Shown here: one piece after another, positions 35,949 through 45,281 of the stretch | Layout of the letters: the number at the start of each line of letters is the position of its first letter | Numbering within the stretch: position 1 is the stretch's first letter | DNA from: a virus | Taxonomy: Duplodnaviria > Heunggongvirae > Uroviricota > Caudoviricetes | DNA: 64,000 bases | Virus record (IMG/VR): IMGVR_UViG_3300047480_000504 | Reading direction: 5' to 3' (one strand) | Translations under genes and position numbers: made by a program | The notes under the pieces: generated by a model | The model's database searches: none | The model's input: only the letters and a program-made list of their open reading frames with translations | Told to the model about the DNA's origin: nothing

Positions 35949-36591
35949 CGTCATCTTCGAAGACTGGACCTGGTCTTGCAGTCGTAAGTAACACACATTA
36001 ATCAAGCGCAACAAAAGGTTAGCAGGCCGGTCAATATTCTGCTGGGTAAGCATCTAAGTGTGTGCCGATGCCCAATTCTGTGAGTGCGCCACGGACTTGT
36101 ATTCACTACCCGTCTTCGTACGGATGCCTTAAAACGGTGCCCCTTTGGGCTTCACGTTTGAATACCAGTATACAGGTTGAGTGCAGTGTAAACTGACTTA
36201 GATCCAATACGTTCATAGCAACACATGACACCGAGGTTGCTTTAAAAATCGTAGCAGGTAGGGTAAGGTACATAGCCCAGAAACGTGGAATCCCAAACAC
36301 CTGTTGTCTCAGTGTGGCGATACTACTCAGCAAACAACCACTCACGACGCCCGTTATCAGGGTGTCGTATGAGCTCACAATCTAGCAAAACTTTCATCTT
36401 GTAATCAAATTTTTCGTGTTAACCAAAAACACAATAAGAATAATTTTAACCCGCAAAAATATGGATGCACCGTAAAAATTATATGCCGCAAAATTATGGT
36501 TAACACGAAGACTATGACTTCGTCTATGGTCCTTAATGAATAGCTGTGATTGGACCGGGTCCTTTGTTTGACTTGACTTTCAGACAAAAGT
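35949..36591. ncRNA. candidate non-coding / structured RNA region (unassigned)
   Basis: About 640 bp with no credible ORF on either strand, in an otherwise gap-free genome. Locally GC-richer with multiple short stems. No tRNA T-loop motif was found. Confidence 0.2.
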
Positions 36592-38643
36592 ATGCTAAAT
36601 TATAGTATGAAAAACTTTATTCCTGGACCATGGAGTATTGCCTGGGTAGCTGTTACGGCAGTTGTACTTGTTGCATTAAAAATCTCCAACCCCAAGCCTG
36701 TTGAAAGCATTCAACTCAAAGGCTTTGACACATTACTTGCTACAGATACACCAGTTGATTCTGATCGTGTTGTTATCGTTGACATTGGCGAAGCCAGTAT
36801 CGAACGCTTGGGCCAATGGCCTTGGCCGCGCAAGGATCTAGCACGAGCCATTGATCGCATTCAAGAACTAGGTGCATCAGCAGTTGTTGTTCCTGTTATC
36901 ATGAGTGAAGCAGATCGACTAGGCGGTGACAAGGACTTAGTTAATACACTGGCACATACAAACAGTGTTATTGCACAAGCACCTACTACACAAAATAAAA
37001 AGCCTGACGCTGTTCGTCGTGGTGTTGCTGTTATTGGTGGTGATCCGCTAGAGTGGACTTACACATGGCCCGGCGCACTGAGTCCTTACAAGCCCCTGGC
37101 TGATGCAGCCGCTGGTGTTGGTACCAGTGTTGTTGCTCCTGAAGTAGACGGTGTTGTTAGACGCATGCCACTTATCGTAGGCGTAGGCGATCAAATATAT
37201 CCCAGCTTGCCAATCGAAGCACTTCGTGTTGCTACAGGACAAACCAGCTATCAAGTCAAAATGAGTTCAGCTGGTATTGAAAAAGTTCGTATTGCTGGAC
37301 AACCTGTTGTCACAACAGACGAACGAGCTAGAGTTTGGCTACGATGGAACAAGAACTTCACACGCTATGAATTATCTGAGCTGTCTAAGAAAAAAGTAGA
37401 TCTTCGAGGCAAAGTGGTAGTGCTGGGTCTAGCAGTAGAAGGCCTAGGTGGTATTATTGCTACACCACGTAGTGAAGCCTGGGCACACGATATTCAAGCA
37501 CAAACTGTGCAGACTTTGCTTGACGGTGATAGTCCTGTACGTCCTGCATTTGCCAATACTATTGAATTGATAACAATTGTGTTGATAGCGTTTCTACTAA
37601 TTTTCGCAATGCCTAGATTGCCGTTTTGGGCAGTAGGCACAGCATTACTTGCAACAGTGGGTGGTGTAGTGTGGGGTAGCTTCTTTGCTTGGACTAATTA
37701 CCTACAGCTATGGGACATTTACTTTTTAACTATCAGTGCAGTTGTATTATATGGTCATGCCTTGTTTGCTAGATTTGTAATTGAGTTCAAACAAAAGCAA
37801 CAAATCAAGAAACAGTTTGGTACGTACCTAAGTCCAGCACTGGTTGCCAAGCTACAAAAGAATCCCGAGATGTTGCAGTTGGGCGGTGACGAACGTGAAT
37901 TGAGTATTATGTTTACAGACGTTCGTGGCTTTACTACGATCTCTGAACACTATGGTCGAGATGTACAAGGACTTACTAAAATTATGAACCGTTATATGAC
38001 TGCAATGACTAAAAAGATCATTGACAATAACGGCACGTTAGACAAGTACATTGGCGATGCCCAAATGGCATTTTGGAACGCACCCGTTGACGAAGAACGT
38101 CATGCACACATGGCTGTTAAAACAGCATTAGAAATGATGGAGAGTTTGGATGAGTTTAATCGAGAAGTTACGGCAGAAGGTATCCCGCCTTTTGGTATGG
38201 GTCTTGGGATTAATAGTGCAGTTGTTGTGGTCGGTAACATGGGATCTGATCAGCGTTTTGACTATACTTGCCTGGGCGATGGCGTCAATCTTGCGTCCCG
38301 ACTTGAGGGACAAAGTAAGCCTTATGGCGTACGAATTATATTGGGACAGCGAACTGCTGAACTTGTTAAGGATGAATACCCGACGATAGAATTGGATTGT
38401 ATTGCAGTTAAAGGCAAGAATGTAGGTGTTAAAATCTACACGCTAGGCGCAACCAATACAACACTACACGACACATATCTAACTGCATACTATCGCGGTG
38501 ACTGGGACCGTGCCAAGAAACAATGCGAAAAGCTGATCAAGTTAGATAACGAACTACGACAGTACTATGAAAACATGTTAGAGCGCATGAATGAAGGCTT
38601 GCCTGCTAATTGGGATGGCACATACCGTGCCACAAGTAAATAA
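36592..38643 (+). CDS. CHASE2 sensor-domain class III adenylate/guanylate cyclase
   Basis: N-terminal TM helix, a CHASE2 region (GQWPWPRKDLARAIDRIQELGASAV) and three TM helices. Cyclase core motifs: MFTDVRGFTTISE, YIGDAQMAFWNAP and LGLGINSAVVVVGNMGS. Confidence 0.8.
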   Translation: MLNYSMKNFIPGPWSIAWVAVTAVVLVALKISNPKPVESIQLKGFDTLLATDTPVDSDRVVIVDIGEASIERLGQWPWPRKDLARAIDRIQELGASAVVVPVIMSEADRLGGDKDLVNTLAHTNSVIAQAPTTQNKKPDAVRRGVAVIGGDPLEWTYTWPGALSPYKPLADAAAGVGTSVVAPEVDGVVRRMPLIVGVGDQIYPSLPIEALRVATGQTSYQVKMSSAGIEKVRIAGQPVVTTDERARVWLRWNKNFTRYELSELSKKKVDLRGKVVVLGLAVEGLGGIIATPRSEAWAHDIQAQTVQTLLDGDSPVRPAFANTIELITIVLIAFLLIFAMPRLPFWAVGTALLATVGGVVWGSFFAWTNYLQLWDIYFLTISAVVLYGHALFARFVIEFKQKQQIKKQFGTYLSPALVAKLQKNPEMLQLGGDERELSIMFTDVRGFTTISEHYGRDVQGLTKIMNRYMTAMTKKIIDNNGTLDKYIGDAQMAFWNAPVDEERHAHMAVKTALEMMESLDEFNREVTAEGIPPFGMGLGINSAVVVVGNMGSDQRFDYTCLGDGVNLASRLEGQSKPYGVRIILGQRTAELVKDEYPTIELDCIAVKGKNVGVKIYTLGATNTTLHDTYLTAYYRGDWDRAKKQCEKLIKLDNELRQYYENMLERMNEGLPANWDGTYRATSK

Positions 38644-38646
38644 CTG

Positions 38647-39357
38647 ATGACACAACAATTATACTTTGATTTTTCTCAACCAGCACTTGGGCATCCAGAA
38701 TTTTTCTACCCGCTTGATCTAAGACTAGATCCTGAGGAAAAAGAAAACTTTATTAAAACAGCACTAGTGCCGCACAGAGACAAAATAGAAGGGTCAGGCT
38801 ATGGATTATCAAACGTAGGCAATGCTGACGCAAGTTTTCCTAAAACCATTGCCGCTACCAACGAGTTTTTAAAGCCGTTAGGAGTTGTGTGCCGTAAGCT
38901 AACATTATTTCTAAGTGCCAAAAGTCAAACAAGTTGGGTTGTACATTGTGACGGTGTACGGGCGCCAACAGGTCCAGCAATGCTCGAGGCAAGATTAAGT
39001 TATTATGAAATTGCCGAGGAGCCTGGGGCAATACGTTGGTGGAAGCAGTTGCCAAATAAAGGCATTGAAGTTTTTCCAGCCAACAAAGAATTAGGTACTC
39101 AGGAGAGAATTAGTTGCTTTGCAGATTGCGCTGAACAACTCAAAGACGATAAGATTACCTGGGATGATATTCCTCCCCCAGATTTTAGTACAGTGTCGTC
39201 TGCACCAAGTGCTATATTAAGAACTAATAGATTTCATCATGTTATACAAGGTCCTGGATTACGTGTTACAGTTAGTTGTCAATTGGTATTTCCCGACGGT
39301 AGTCCAGAAGGTGTGTGGGAACACATCGAACACAATATTCACAAATTAGGAATTTAA
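38647..39357 (+). CDS. hypothetical protein
   Basis: Starts 4 nt after the cyclase stop, so it is probably co-transcribed. Confidence 0.45.
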   Translation: MTQQLYFDFSQPALGHPEFFYPLDLRLDPEEKENFIKTALVPHRDKIEGSGYGLSNVGNADASFPKTIAATNEFLKPLGVVCRKLTLFLSAKSQTSWVVHCDGVRAPTGPAMLEARLSYYEIAEEPGAIRWWKQLPNKGIEVFPANKELGTQERISCFADCAEQLKDDKITWDDIPPPDFSTVSSAPSAILRTNRFHHVIQGPGLRVTVSCQLVFPDGSPEGVWEHIEHNIHKLGI

Positions 39358-39358
39358 G

Positions 39359-39742
39359 TTGTTATATTTTGCATATGGTATGAATACCAACAATAATGCT
39401 ATGTCCAAGACTAGCAAGCGTTTAGGCCCAGCAGTGCTATTAGATTACAAGTGGGAAATGCTACAGTTTGCCAATGTATTTGAAATGAGGGGTGTCACTT
39501 CAATTGGTATTCTATGGGAAATTGATGAAAATGAATTAAAAGAGTTGGATATGCGCGAAGGTTATCCAACATTTTATAATCGAGTTATTGCAGAAGTAGA
39601 ACACAACGGAGAGCTGGTTCAAGCCTGGGTATATTATATGACCCCAGAATATAGAACAAAACTAGCCAATGAAAAACCGAGTCAACAATATTATGACTCG
39701 GTTGTTGAGGGCTTCGCGCAAGACGGAATTGTTATTTCTTAA
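39359..39742 (+). CDS. gamma-glutamylcyclotransferase (AIG2/GGCT-like)
   Basis: N-terminal LYFAYGMNTN (the YFAYGSNM motif) plus a catalytic Glu context EGYP. TTG start. Confidence 0.55.
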   Translation: MLYFAYGMNTNNNAMSKTSKRLGPAVLLDYKWEMLQFANVFEMRGVTSIGILWEIDENELKELDMREGYPTFYNRVIAEVEHNGELVQAWVYYMTPEYRTKLANEKPSQQYYDSVVEGFAQDGIVIS

Positions 39743-40061
39743 CTGGTTTGTCAATGTTGACAGCATCGCGGAACTTTTCATCAGCTTCGCGATCTACTTT
39801 TTGCTGTTCAACCACACGCTCACCGTCAATAATCTTGCCACGCAAGTGTAGTACAACATCTACCTTTTGATTCAAGCGAATCAAATCGTTGTCAAGCATA
39901 CGCACACGATCGATCAAGGCAATAAGTGTATTACTGGCAGCGCCTAGTACTGGCTTGATATCCTGTGTTGCCCATTGCCATACGTAGAAAATCAGGTATC
40001 CCATGCCACCTGCGGCCACAATCGGAAAGCCGTATTTGTTGATTAGTGTTGCAATATCCAT
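39732..40061 (-). CDS. membrane protein, paralog A (N-terminal TM plus coiled coil)
   Basis: FPIVAAGGMGYLIFYVW TM segment, then IDRVRMLDNDLIRLNQKVDVVL. Paralogous to 40261..40542. Confidence 0.45.
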   Translation of the reverse strand: MDIATLINKYGFPIVAAGGMGYLIFYVWQWATQDIKPVLGAASNTLIALIDRVRMLDNDLIRLNQKVDVVLHLRGKIIDGERVVEQQKVDREADEKFRDAVNIDKPVKK

Positions 40062-40261
40062 TATTCTTTCCCTGCCAATTCTGCGCCACCGTCACGTACA
40101 AATGCTGTAAGTGGATCCACTTTGACCAACATTGCACGTCCATTGATGTTAGTGACCCTAAAATAATCACCAGCTTTCCAACCTAAACGATCGATGTTTA
40201 GCTCTTCGTCTAAAATAATTCTATCTGGGTGAAGATCCCAGTTGTAGTCAAAATGCAACAT
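40061..40261 (-). CDS. small hypothetical protein
   Basis: ATGA overlaps on both sides within the minus-strand trio. Confidence 0.35.
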   Translation of the reverse strand: MLHFDYNWDLHPDRIILDEELNIDRLGWKAGDYFRVTNINGRAMLVKVDPLTAFVRDGGAELAGKE

Positions 40262-40542
40262 TAATCGCGCCTCGCATCATTTTTACCGTCTGCTCGAGCA
40301 ATACGTGATGTATCTGGCTTTAAGCCTAATGCATTTGATACAACAGCATCAATGCGTATAACATCGTGATTCATTGTTTTAACACGGTTATCAAGAGCTT
40401 CAATGATACCTTTAAGGCCCGACACACTTGAAGTAACGCCTGCTAAAATGAACTTTAGTGTCAAAAACACAAAGTACCCTGCGGCAATAGCGGCTGCAAT
40501 TGGGAAGCCTACTTCTGCTACTAATTTGAAAAACTCACCCAT
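40261..40542 (-). CDS. membrane protein, paralog B
   Basis: FPIAAAIAAGYFVFLTL TM segment, then LDNRVKTMNHDVIRIDAVV. RBS AGGATTGCCAAGATG on the minus strand. Confidence 0.45.
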   Translation of the reverse strand: MGEFFKLVAEVGFPIAAAIAAGYFVFLTLKFILAGVTSSVSGLKGIIEALDNRVKTMNHDVIRIDAVVSNALGLKPDTSRIARADGKNDARRD

Positions 40543-40654
40543 CTTGGCAATCCTTTATCTATAGTTGTATTTATTAAAACGGACCAAAAACAGGACCACT
40601 TTTGTGTTTGGTAAATAGAGCGAAGGTTAATGTGCAAAAACAATAAATATATCT

Positions 40655-41530
40655 ATGAAACTACGTGAATTAATTGTAATGGAGGATGGGGAAGCCGCGG
40701 TGGCAACCACGTCTAGCGACATCGCTACAGTGGCTTATCCTCTATTTGTACGTGGTAAAAGCAAAAAAGAAAAACGCAAGAACGCTAGAGCCGCAGTAGG
40801 CCAAAAGTACGTACCGGGTCCTAAAGGAATTGGTCAAGGTGTATTTGAAAACGTAGAAGAAGCACACGTATTAAATCACGATAACGTTATCTATAGACTA
40901 GACCGTGACAACCCCATGAGCGATACTGAAGTACTAGTACTAGGTGGTGCTGGTCGTTATAGCTTAAAAGCACTCCGTGATAAAGCACGTAGAGAAGCGG
41001 CGGCATTGGCACAAGATCTCAGTATTGAACATGGCGGTGCATTTAGACGCAGTGCTGAAAACATTAAGCAATTAACAAACACAATCAATACTATTGTTGC
41101 GGCCTACAATGAGCTAGCAAGATTAAGACGCAAGGGTGGTCGTGGTAGCCGTGGTATTACGGATGAAGATGCTAACTTTATTCGCGAATGTATTCGTGTA
41201 GTAGAGCAAGCCACACAGAATTATAGATTAATGGAAGGTCTTACGCAGGAGCCCGATCCTGCAGGATATGCCAAAGACACACTAACAACACCCAAGTATA
41301 CCATTGTAGTAAATACACCTGGTGACTTAGATTGGTACAAGGTTGGTACGTATTGGAACAATAAAGTCATTGATCCCCATGAATTTGGGCAAGACGACAG
41401 CGACACTGTGTTAGTAGCACAAGGCGTAGAAGAATATAAAGAAATGTTGGCCAAAATTAAACAAATGGGCCTGACATACAAAACAATTGGCGGCACGACT
41501 GATCAGCCAGAAATTCACGATAAACCATAA
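40655..41530 (+). CDS. hypothetical protein with MKLRELI leader
   Basis: N-terminal leader family member. Confidence 0.45.
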   Translation: MKLRELIVMEDGEAAVATTSSDIATVAYPLFVRGKSKKEKRKNARAAVGQKYVPGPKGIGQGVFENVEEAHVLNHDNVIYRLDRDNPMSDTEVLVLGGAGRYSLKALRDKARREAAALAQDLSIEHGGAFRRSAENIKQLTNTINTIVAAYNELARLRRKGGRGSRGITDEDANFIRECIRVVEQATQNYRLMEGLTQEPDPAGYAKDTLTTPKYTIVVNTPGDLDWYKVGTYWNNKVIDPHEFGQDDSDTVLVAQGVEEYKEMLAKIKQMGLTYKTIGGTTDQPEIHDKP

Positions 41531-41541
41531 AAGGGACAAAA

Positions 41542-44415
41542 ATGATTCGCATTAGACTAATCAACGAAGGCCGTGTAGTTAAACAAATTACCAGCCGCTT
41601 ACACGAAGGTGTTGTACTTGAGCAAATTAAAAAGTACAAGGATCCGTACGACACTGTTCAAATCGTCGAAGGCGAATTGAGTGAAGGTGCAAAAGATATG
41701 TTGCATCACGTTGCTAAAAAGATTGTACCAGCCGCGCTGGCCGCAGGTATGGCAATGAGTGGCGCAAGTAATGCACAAGCACAAGGCGGGGCAAATCCAC
41801 ATTATCCAGGTTTGAATCATTCAGTTGGCCAACAGTTGTCTGACATTTTTAGCCCTAACTATAAAGAATTAAGACGCCAGCGTGACCACCAACGCTCCAC
41901 TGAACGTCAAGTATGGGACGCAGAACAAAACGAAATTCGTAAGCAACGAGTAAATGCCGCTCGAGCTGCCGCAGGTGGCGGCAACCAACCGGTAATTTAC
42001 GATCAAAGTCGATTAAGCCAAGATGGTAAGTCTTATATCATTTACGGCATTGACAACAAAGTACGCCGTATCCCAGTTGCAGGTACAGAATATATGCACG
42101 GTGACAGCCAACGCTTGCCACACTATATTACAAGTGGTGGCAATGTGTTGTATGTTCGTCACCCACATGCAGTGACCGAAAGTGTAGCGGAGGGCACAGA
42201 TCCAAATAAACAATCACACGCAGAAGCATTCAAAAGCGAAACTGACACTATGAAGCCAGATACTAAAAAGTATGTGGGTAGAAAAGGTGGCAAGGAAGTT
42301 CATGCTAAAAAAGATGCACAGGGCAATGTCAAGTTCTATCACAGAGATGGTATCAAAGGTCCATTAAAAGCAGTAAATGAAGGTGTAGCTGAAGGCTATA
42401 CAGTAACTCGTGGCATTGATCGTGAACGTTATCAAGAGCGTCCAGGCTTAGAAGGCCCATTCTCTACTCGCAGTGGTAAGGTTGTGTATTACGATCCCCA
42501 AGAAGGCAAGTATTACGATCCCGAAACTGACTTTTACATTGGCCACGAAGATTACGCCAAGATGGACGAGGATGCACCAGCTCTAGTAAAAGGTGCCGCA
42601 GGACTGGCATTAGGCGGCTTAGCTGCCGCAGGTGCTCCTGCTATTGTTGCTATCTTGGGCCCATTGTTAGGTATCCCAATGGCTGCATACGGTGCTTATA
42701 GTGCCGCTAAGTTAGGCATGAAGGGTGTAGAAAAGCTATGGGACATGGCTTCAGATAAATTAGGCGGCGATGATAAAGTTGCACAATACACTAATGCCAA
42801 GTTGGCCACACTGCCACCAGAGCAGGCTAAAGCAGGTGCGGCAGTAGTTAAAAAGATTGGCGAAAGCAAGCAAGGCGTAGTCGAAAGCGATCCAAATGCT
42901 ACAGTAGGTACTATTCCTTCAACAGGTACAAGTGGTGGTACAGGTCGCACACAATTTGCCCCAACAGGTAAAACAACTAACGCTAAGTTTAACAAGAACG
43001 GCCAAATTGAATTAGACACAGAACAAGAAGACGACGGCAGTGTCAACTTAGATCCAGATGCAGTAAAACAATTACAACAAGCTGGCGTAAAAATTAAAGA
43101 GACTGATGATGACGGCAGAGATAAATTCTATTATCAACGCAACAACATCTGGAGAGTCATGGACGGTGACGATCTAGTTGACGAATACAAAGCCCAACGT
43201 AACGAAATTGTTGGCGCTAAAAAGTTGCTGGCTCGATATGACGATGAAGGTTATGATGTAGACCGTGTAATTAGCCCAATGGGATTTGTTACATACTTGT
43301 ATGGCAAACCAGTGGATGAAGCTACAATAAGCGAAAGTGACAGTCCAGTGGCTAGTGCTATTGCTCGTCGTATTATGAGTCAGCGTCTTGACCTGCTACA
43401 AAAATATGGTCCCGTAAAAGTAACAGCCGCCATTGACGAAGTTGCTGACTTTGTAGGTGATGTAGAAGAAATTGGTAGTAGCGATGTAAGCGGTTGGGTC
43501 AAGCACGTTGAACAAATGTTACGTGACAATCCAACAGCGGCATTTGGCGAAGCGTCTGACACATTAGAAGGTATCCTAAGCAAGTACAGTGCTGACTATG
43601 CCAAGTTCAAAGCAGGTGGCGACATTGATGAAAACCAAGACTTCTTTGACGCATTGTACGCATACTATTCTGAATCGGGTGAAATGCCATACGGCGTACA
43701 AAAAGCCCGCGATGGCGATCCGTATGAGTGGATTACACAACGTTTAGATCACGAATCCGGTGTATCACCAGTTATTGAAGCAGATGGTGACGAAGCAAGT
43801 GCAGATCAAAACATTATTATGCAAATCCGCAAAGCAAGTGATTACGAAAAGCCAACTAAGATCGAACTAGCCGACGGTACTGAAAGCGTTATTGCTCCAA
43901 ACATTGCCAAGCAATTATTGGCCAAGTTTGATAAAATGAAGCCGGAGAGCAAGGAGCTATTGCAAAATACACTAAACACAGAAGAAGGCTTTAAAGAAAT
44001 CATTGCTTATTTTGGTGGTGGTGTACGTGAACAAGCGGCTGCTCGTGTTGGCAATATCATGCAAAGTGCAATGGCCGAAGCAGGTTATGGACGCTATGAT
44101 CGTCGCGATGCTTACCAACGTGATTATGATAGCAGTGTAGCAGGGATGGGCAAGCGACAATCGTATGCTTATCAAATGGACGGTGGCGCCAATGATGAAG
44201 GTTGGGACAAGCCAGAACAAGAACGAGCCTACTATAAAAAGTCACCGGTCCCAGCTAAAAAAGGCTATTACTTCTACAATGTACCAGCTGATCAAACTGC
44301 TAAAGCAGAAGAACTTGGCTTGTTCAAAACAAAAAGCGGCAAATGGTACAGTCCATTTGAAAACACACGTGCCAACATGTTCTTTGGCGCAGGCAGATAT
44401 TGGGAGCCAAAATAA
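41542..44415 (+). CDS. very large (957 aa) protein with central Gly/Ala-rich hydrophobic segment
   Basis: RBS AAAGGGACAAAAATG. Central segment GAAGLALGGLAAAGAPAIVAILGPLLGIPMAAYGAY looks membrane-active. Confidence 0.55.
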   Translation: MIRIRLINEGRVVKQITSRLHEGVVLEQIKKYKDPYDTVQIVEGELSEGAKDMLHHVAKKIVPAALAAGMAMSGASNAQAQGGANPHYPGLNHSVGQQLSDIFSPNYKELRRQRDHQRSTERQVWDAEQNEIRKQRVNAARAAAGGGNQPVIYDQSRLSQDGKSYIIYGIDNKVRRIPVAGTEYMHGDSQRLPHYITSGGNVLYVRHPHAVTESVAEGTDPNKQSHAEAFKSETDTMKPDTKKYVGRKGGKEVHAKKDAQGNVKFYHRDGIKGPLKAVNEGVAEGYTVTRGIDRERYQERPGLEGPFSTRSGKVVYYDPQEGKYYDPETDFYIGHEDYAKMDEDAPALVKGAAGLALGGLAAAGAPAIVAILGPLLGIPMAAYGAYSAAKLGMKGVEKLWDMASDKLGGDDKVAQYTNAKLATLPPEQAKAGAAVVKKIGESKQGVVESDPNATVGTIPSTGTSGGTGRTQFAPTGKTTNAKFNKNGQIELDTEQEDDGSVNLDPDAVKQLQQAGVKIKETDDDGRDKFYYQRNNIWRVMDGDDLVDEYKAQRNEIVGAKKLLARYDDEGYDVDRVISPMGFVTYLYGKPVDEATISESDSPVASAIARRIMSQRLDLLQKYGPVKVTAAIDEVADFVGDVEEIGSSDVSGWVKHVEQMLRDNPTAAFGEASDTLEGILSKYSADYAKFKAGGDIDENQDFFDALYAYYSESGEMPYGVQKARDGDPYEWITQRLDHESGVSPVIEADGDEASADQNIIMQIRKASDYEKPTKIELADGTESVIAPNIAKQLLAKFDKMKPESKELLQNTLNTEEGFKEIIAYFGGGVREQAAARVGNIMQSAMAEAGYGRYDRRDAYQRDYDSSVAGMGKRQSYAYQMDGGANDEGWDKPEQERAYYKKSPVPAKKGYYFYNVPADQTAKAEELGLFKTKSGKWYSPFENTRANMFFGAGRYWEPK

Positions 44416-45269
44416 TGAAATTCACAGACTTAGGCGATAAAGGACCAGAATTCAAACTGCAAAGTGTAGCAGAAGGCGGATTTAAAAATAAATTTGCAGA
44501 ATTCTCTGGCTATGGCAACTACATGCGAAGCCGTGCTCCTAATGTATTCAAGCATTTTGGTCTACAGGTTATTAGCAAAGAATATACCGAAGACGAGGAC
44601 ATCCAAACCTATACAGTACAAGGCGACAGAGACTCGATTGACCAGGCCCGCGCTTATTTGGAGCGCAGTGATCAATTTGGCGGGGTTATCTACAAGCAAG
44701 GTGTAGGCGAAGGCTTTAAGAACACATACAACGTAGGCGATCGCATAGATGGACCACTTGGTACTGGCACTATTGTTGCTGTATCTCCAAACATCAATAT
44801 GGATGGCAAAATCAAAGTCAAACTAGACGATCCAGCTCGTGCAGGTGAAGATGGCAAAGAACGTGACACATTTGTTCTTAATACAACACAAGTAAAGCAT
44901 ATTGCCGACGAAGCCAGTTTAGCACAAATGCGTGACTACTTTAATCAAGCTGACACTGATTCAGTACAAGTAGATCGCAATTATGATGCGCCAGGCCGGA
45001 AACAGAATCCCGCAGGTGTGCCACCAGAGATTCAAGCCTTGGTGAATAAAATGTACCACGCTGGTAAAATCAGCCCGCAAGAGTTTGAAGTACTAAGAAA
45101 GTTTCAGCAGAAGACTAAAATCAATGTAGGTATTCGCGAAGCTGATAAAAATCCTTATGCAATTGGCATGGCACAAGCAATGAAAAGCACCGGTGACCGA
45201 CCACCACTAAAGAAAAGCACTATTAACAAGGCGCACGAAATCGCCCGTGCTATTAAAAAAGATCAATAA
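44415..45269 (+). CDS. hypothetical protein
   Basis: TAATG overlap with the upstream gene. Confidence 0.45.
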   Translation: MKFTDLGDKGPEFKLQSVAEGGFKNKFAEFSGYGNYMRSRAPNVFKHFGLQVISKEYTEDEDIQTYTVQGDRDSIDQARAYLERSDQFGGVIYKQGVGEGFKNTYNVGDRIDGPLGTGTIVAVSPNINMDGKIKVKLDDPARAGEDGKERDTFVLNTTQVKHIADEASLAQMRDYFNQADTDSVQVDRNYDAPGRKQNPAGVPPEIQALVNKMYHAGKISPQEFEVLRKFQQKTKINVGIREADKNPYAIGMAQAMKSTGDRPPLKKSTINKAHEIARAIKKDQ

Positions 45270-45281
45270 CAGGAGATTGAT

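Noticed and set aside
36106-36378. A 90-aa minus-strand ORF inside the 35949-36591 gap.
   Set aside because: It has a GTG start with no SD and a random hydrophobic composition with no motif. It is more likely non-coding, so the gap is flagged as a candidate RNA instead.
35949-36591. A tRNA or tmRNA gene in the non-coding gap.
   Set aside because: Reading by eye found no GTTCGAATC-like T-loop with a matching 7-bp acceptor stem and no CCA-adjacent acceptor pairing. This cannot be excluded without a covariance search.
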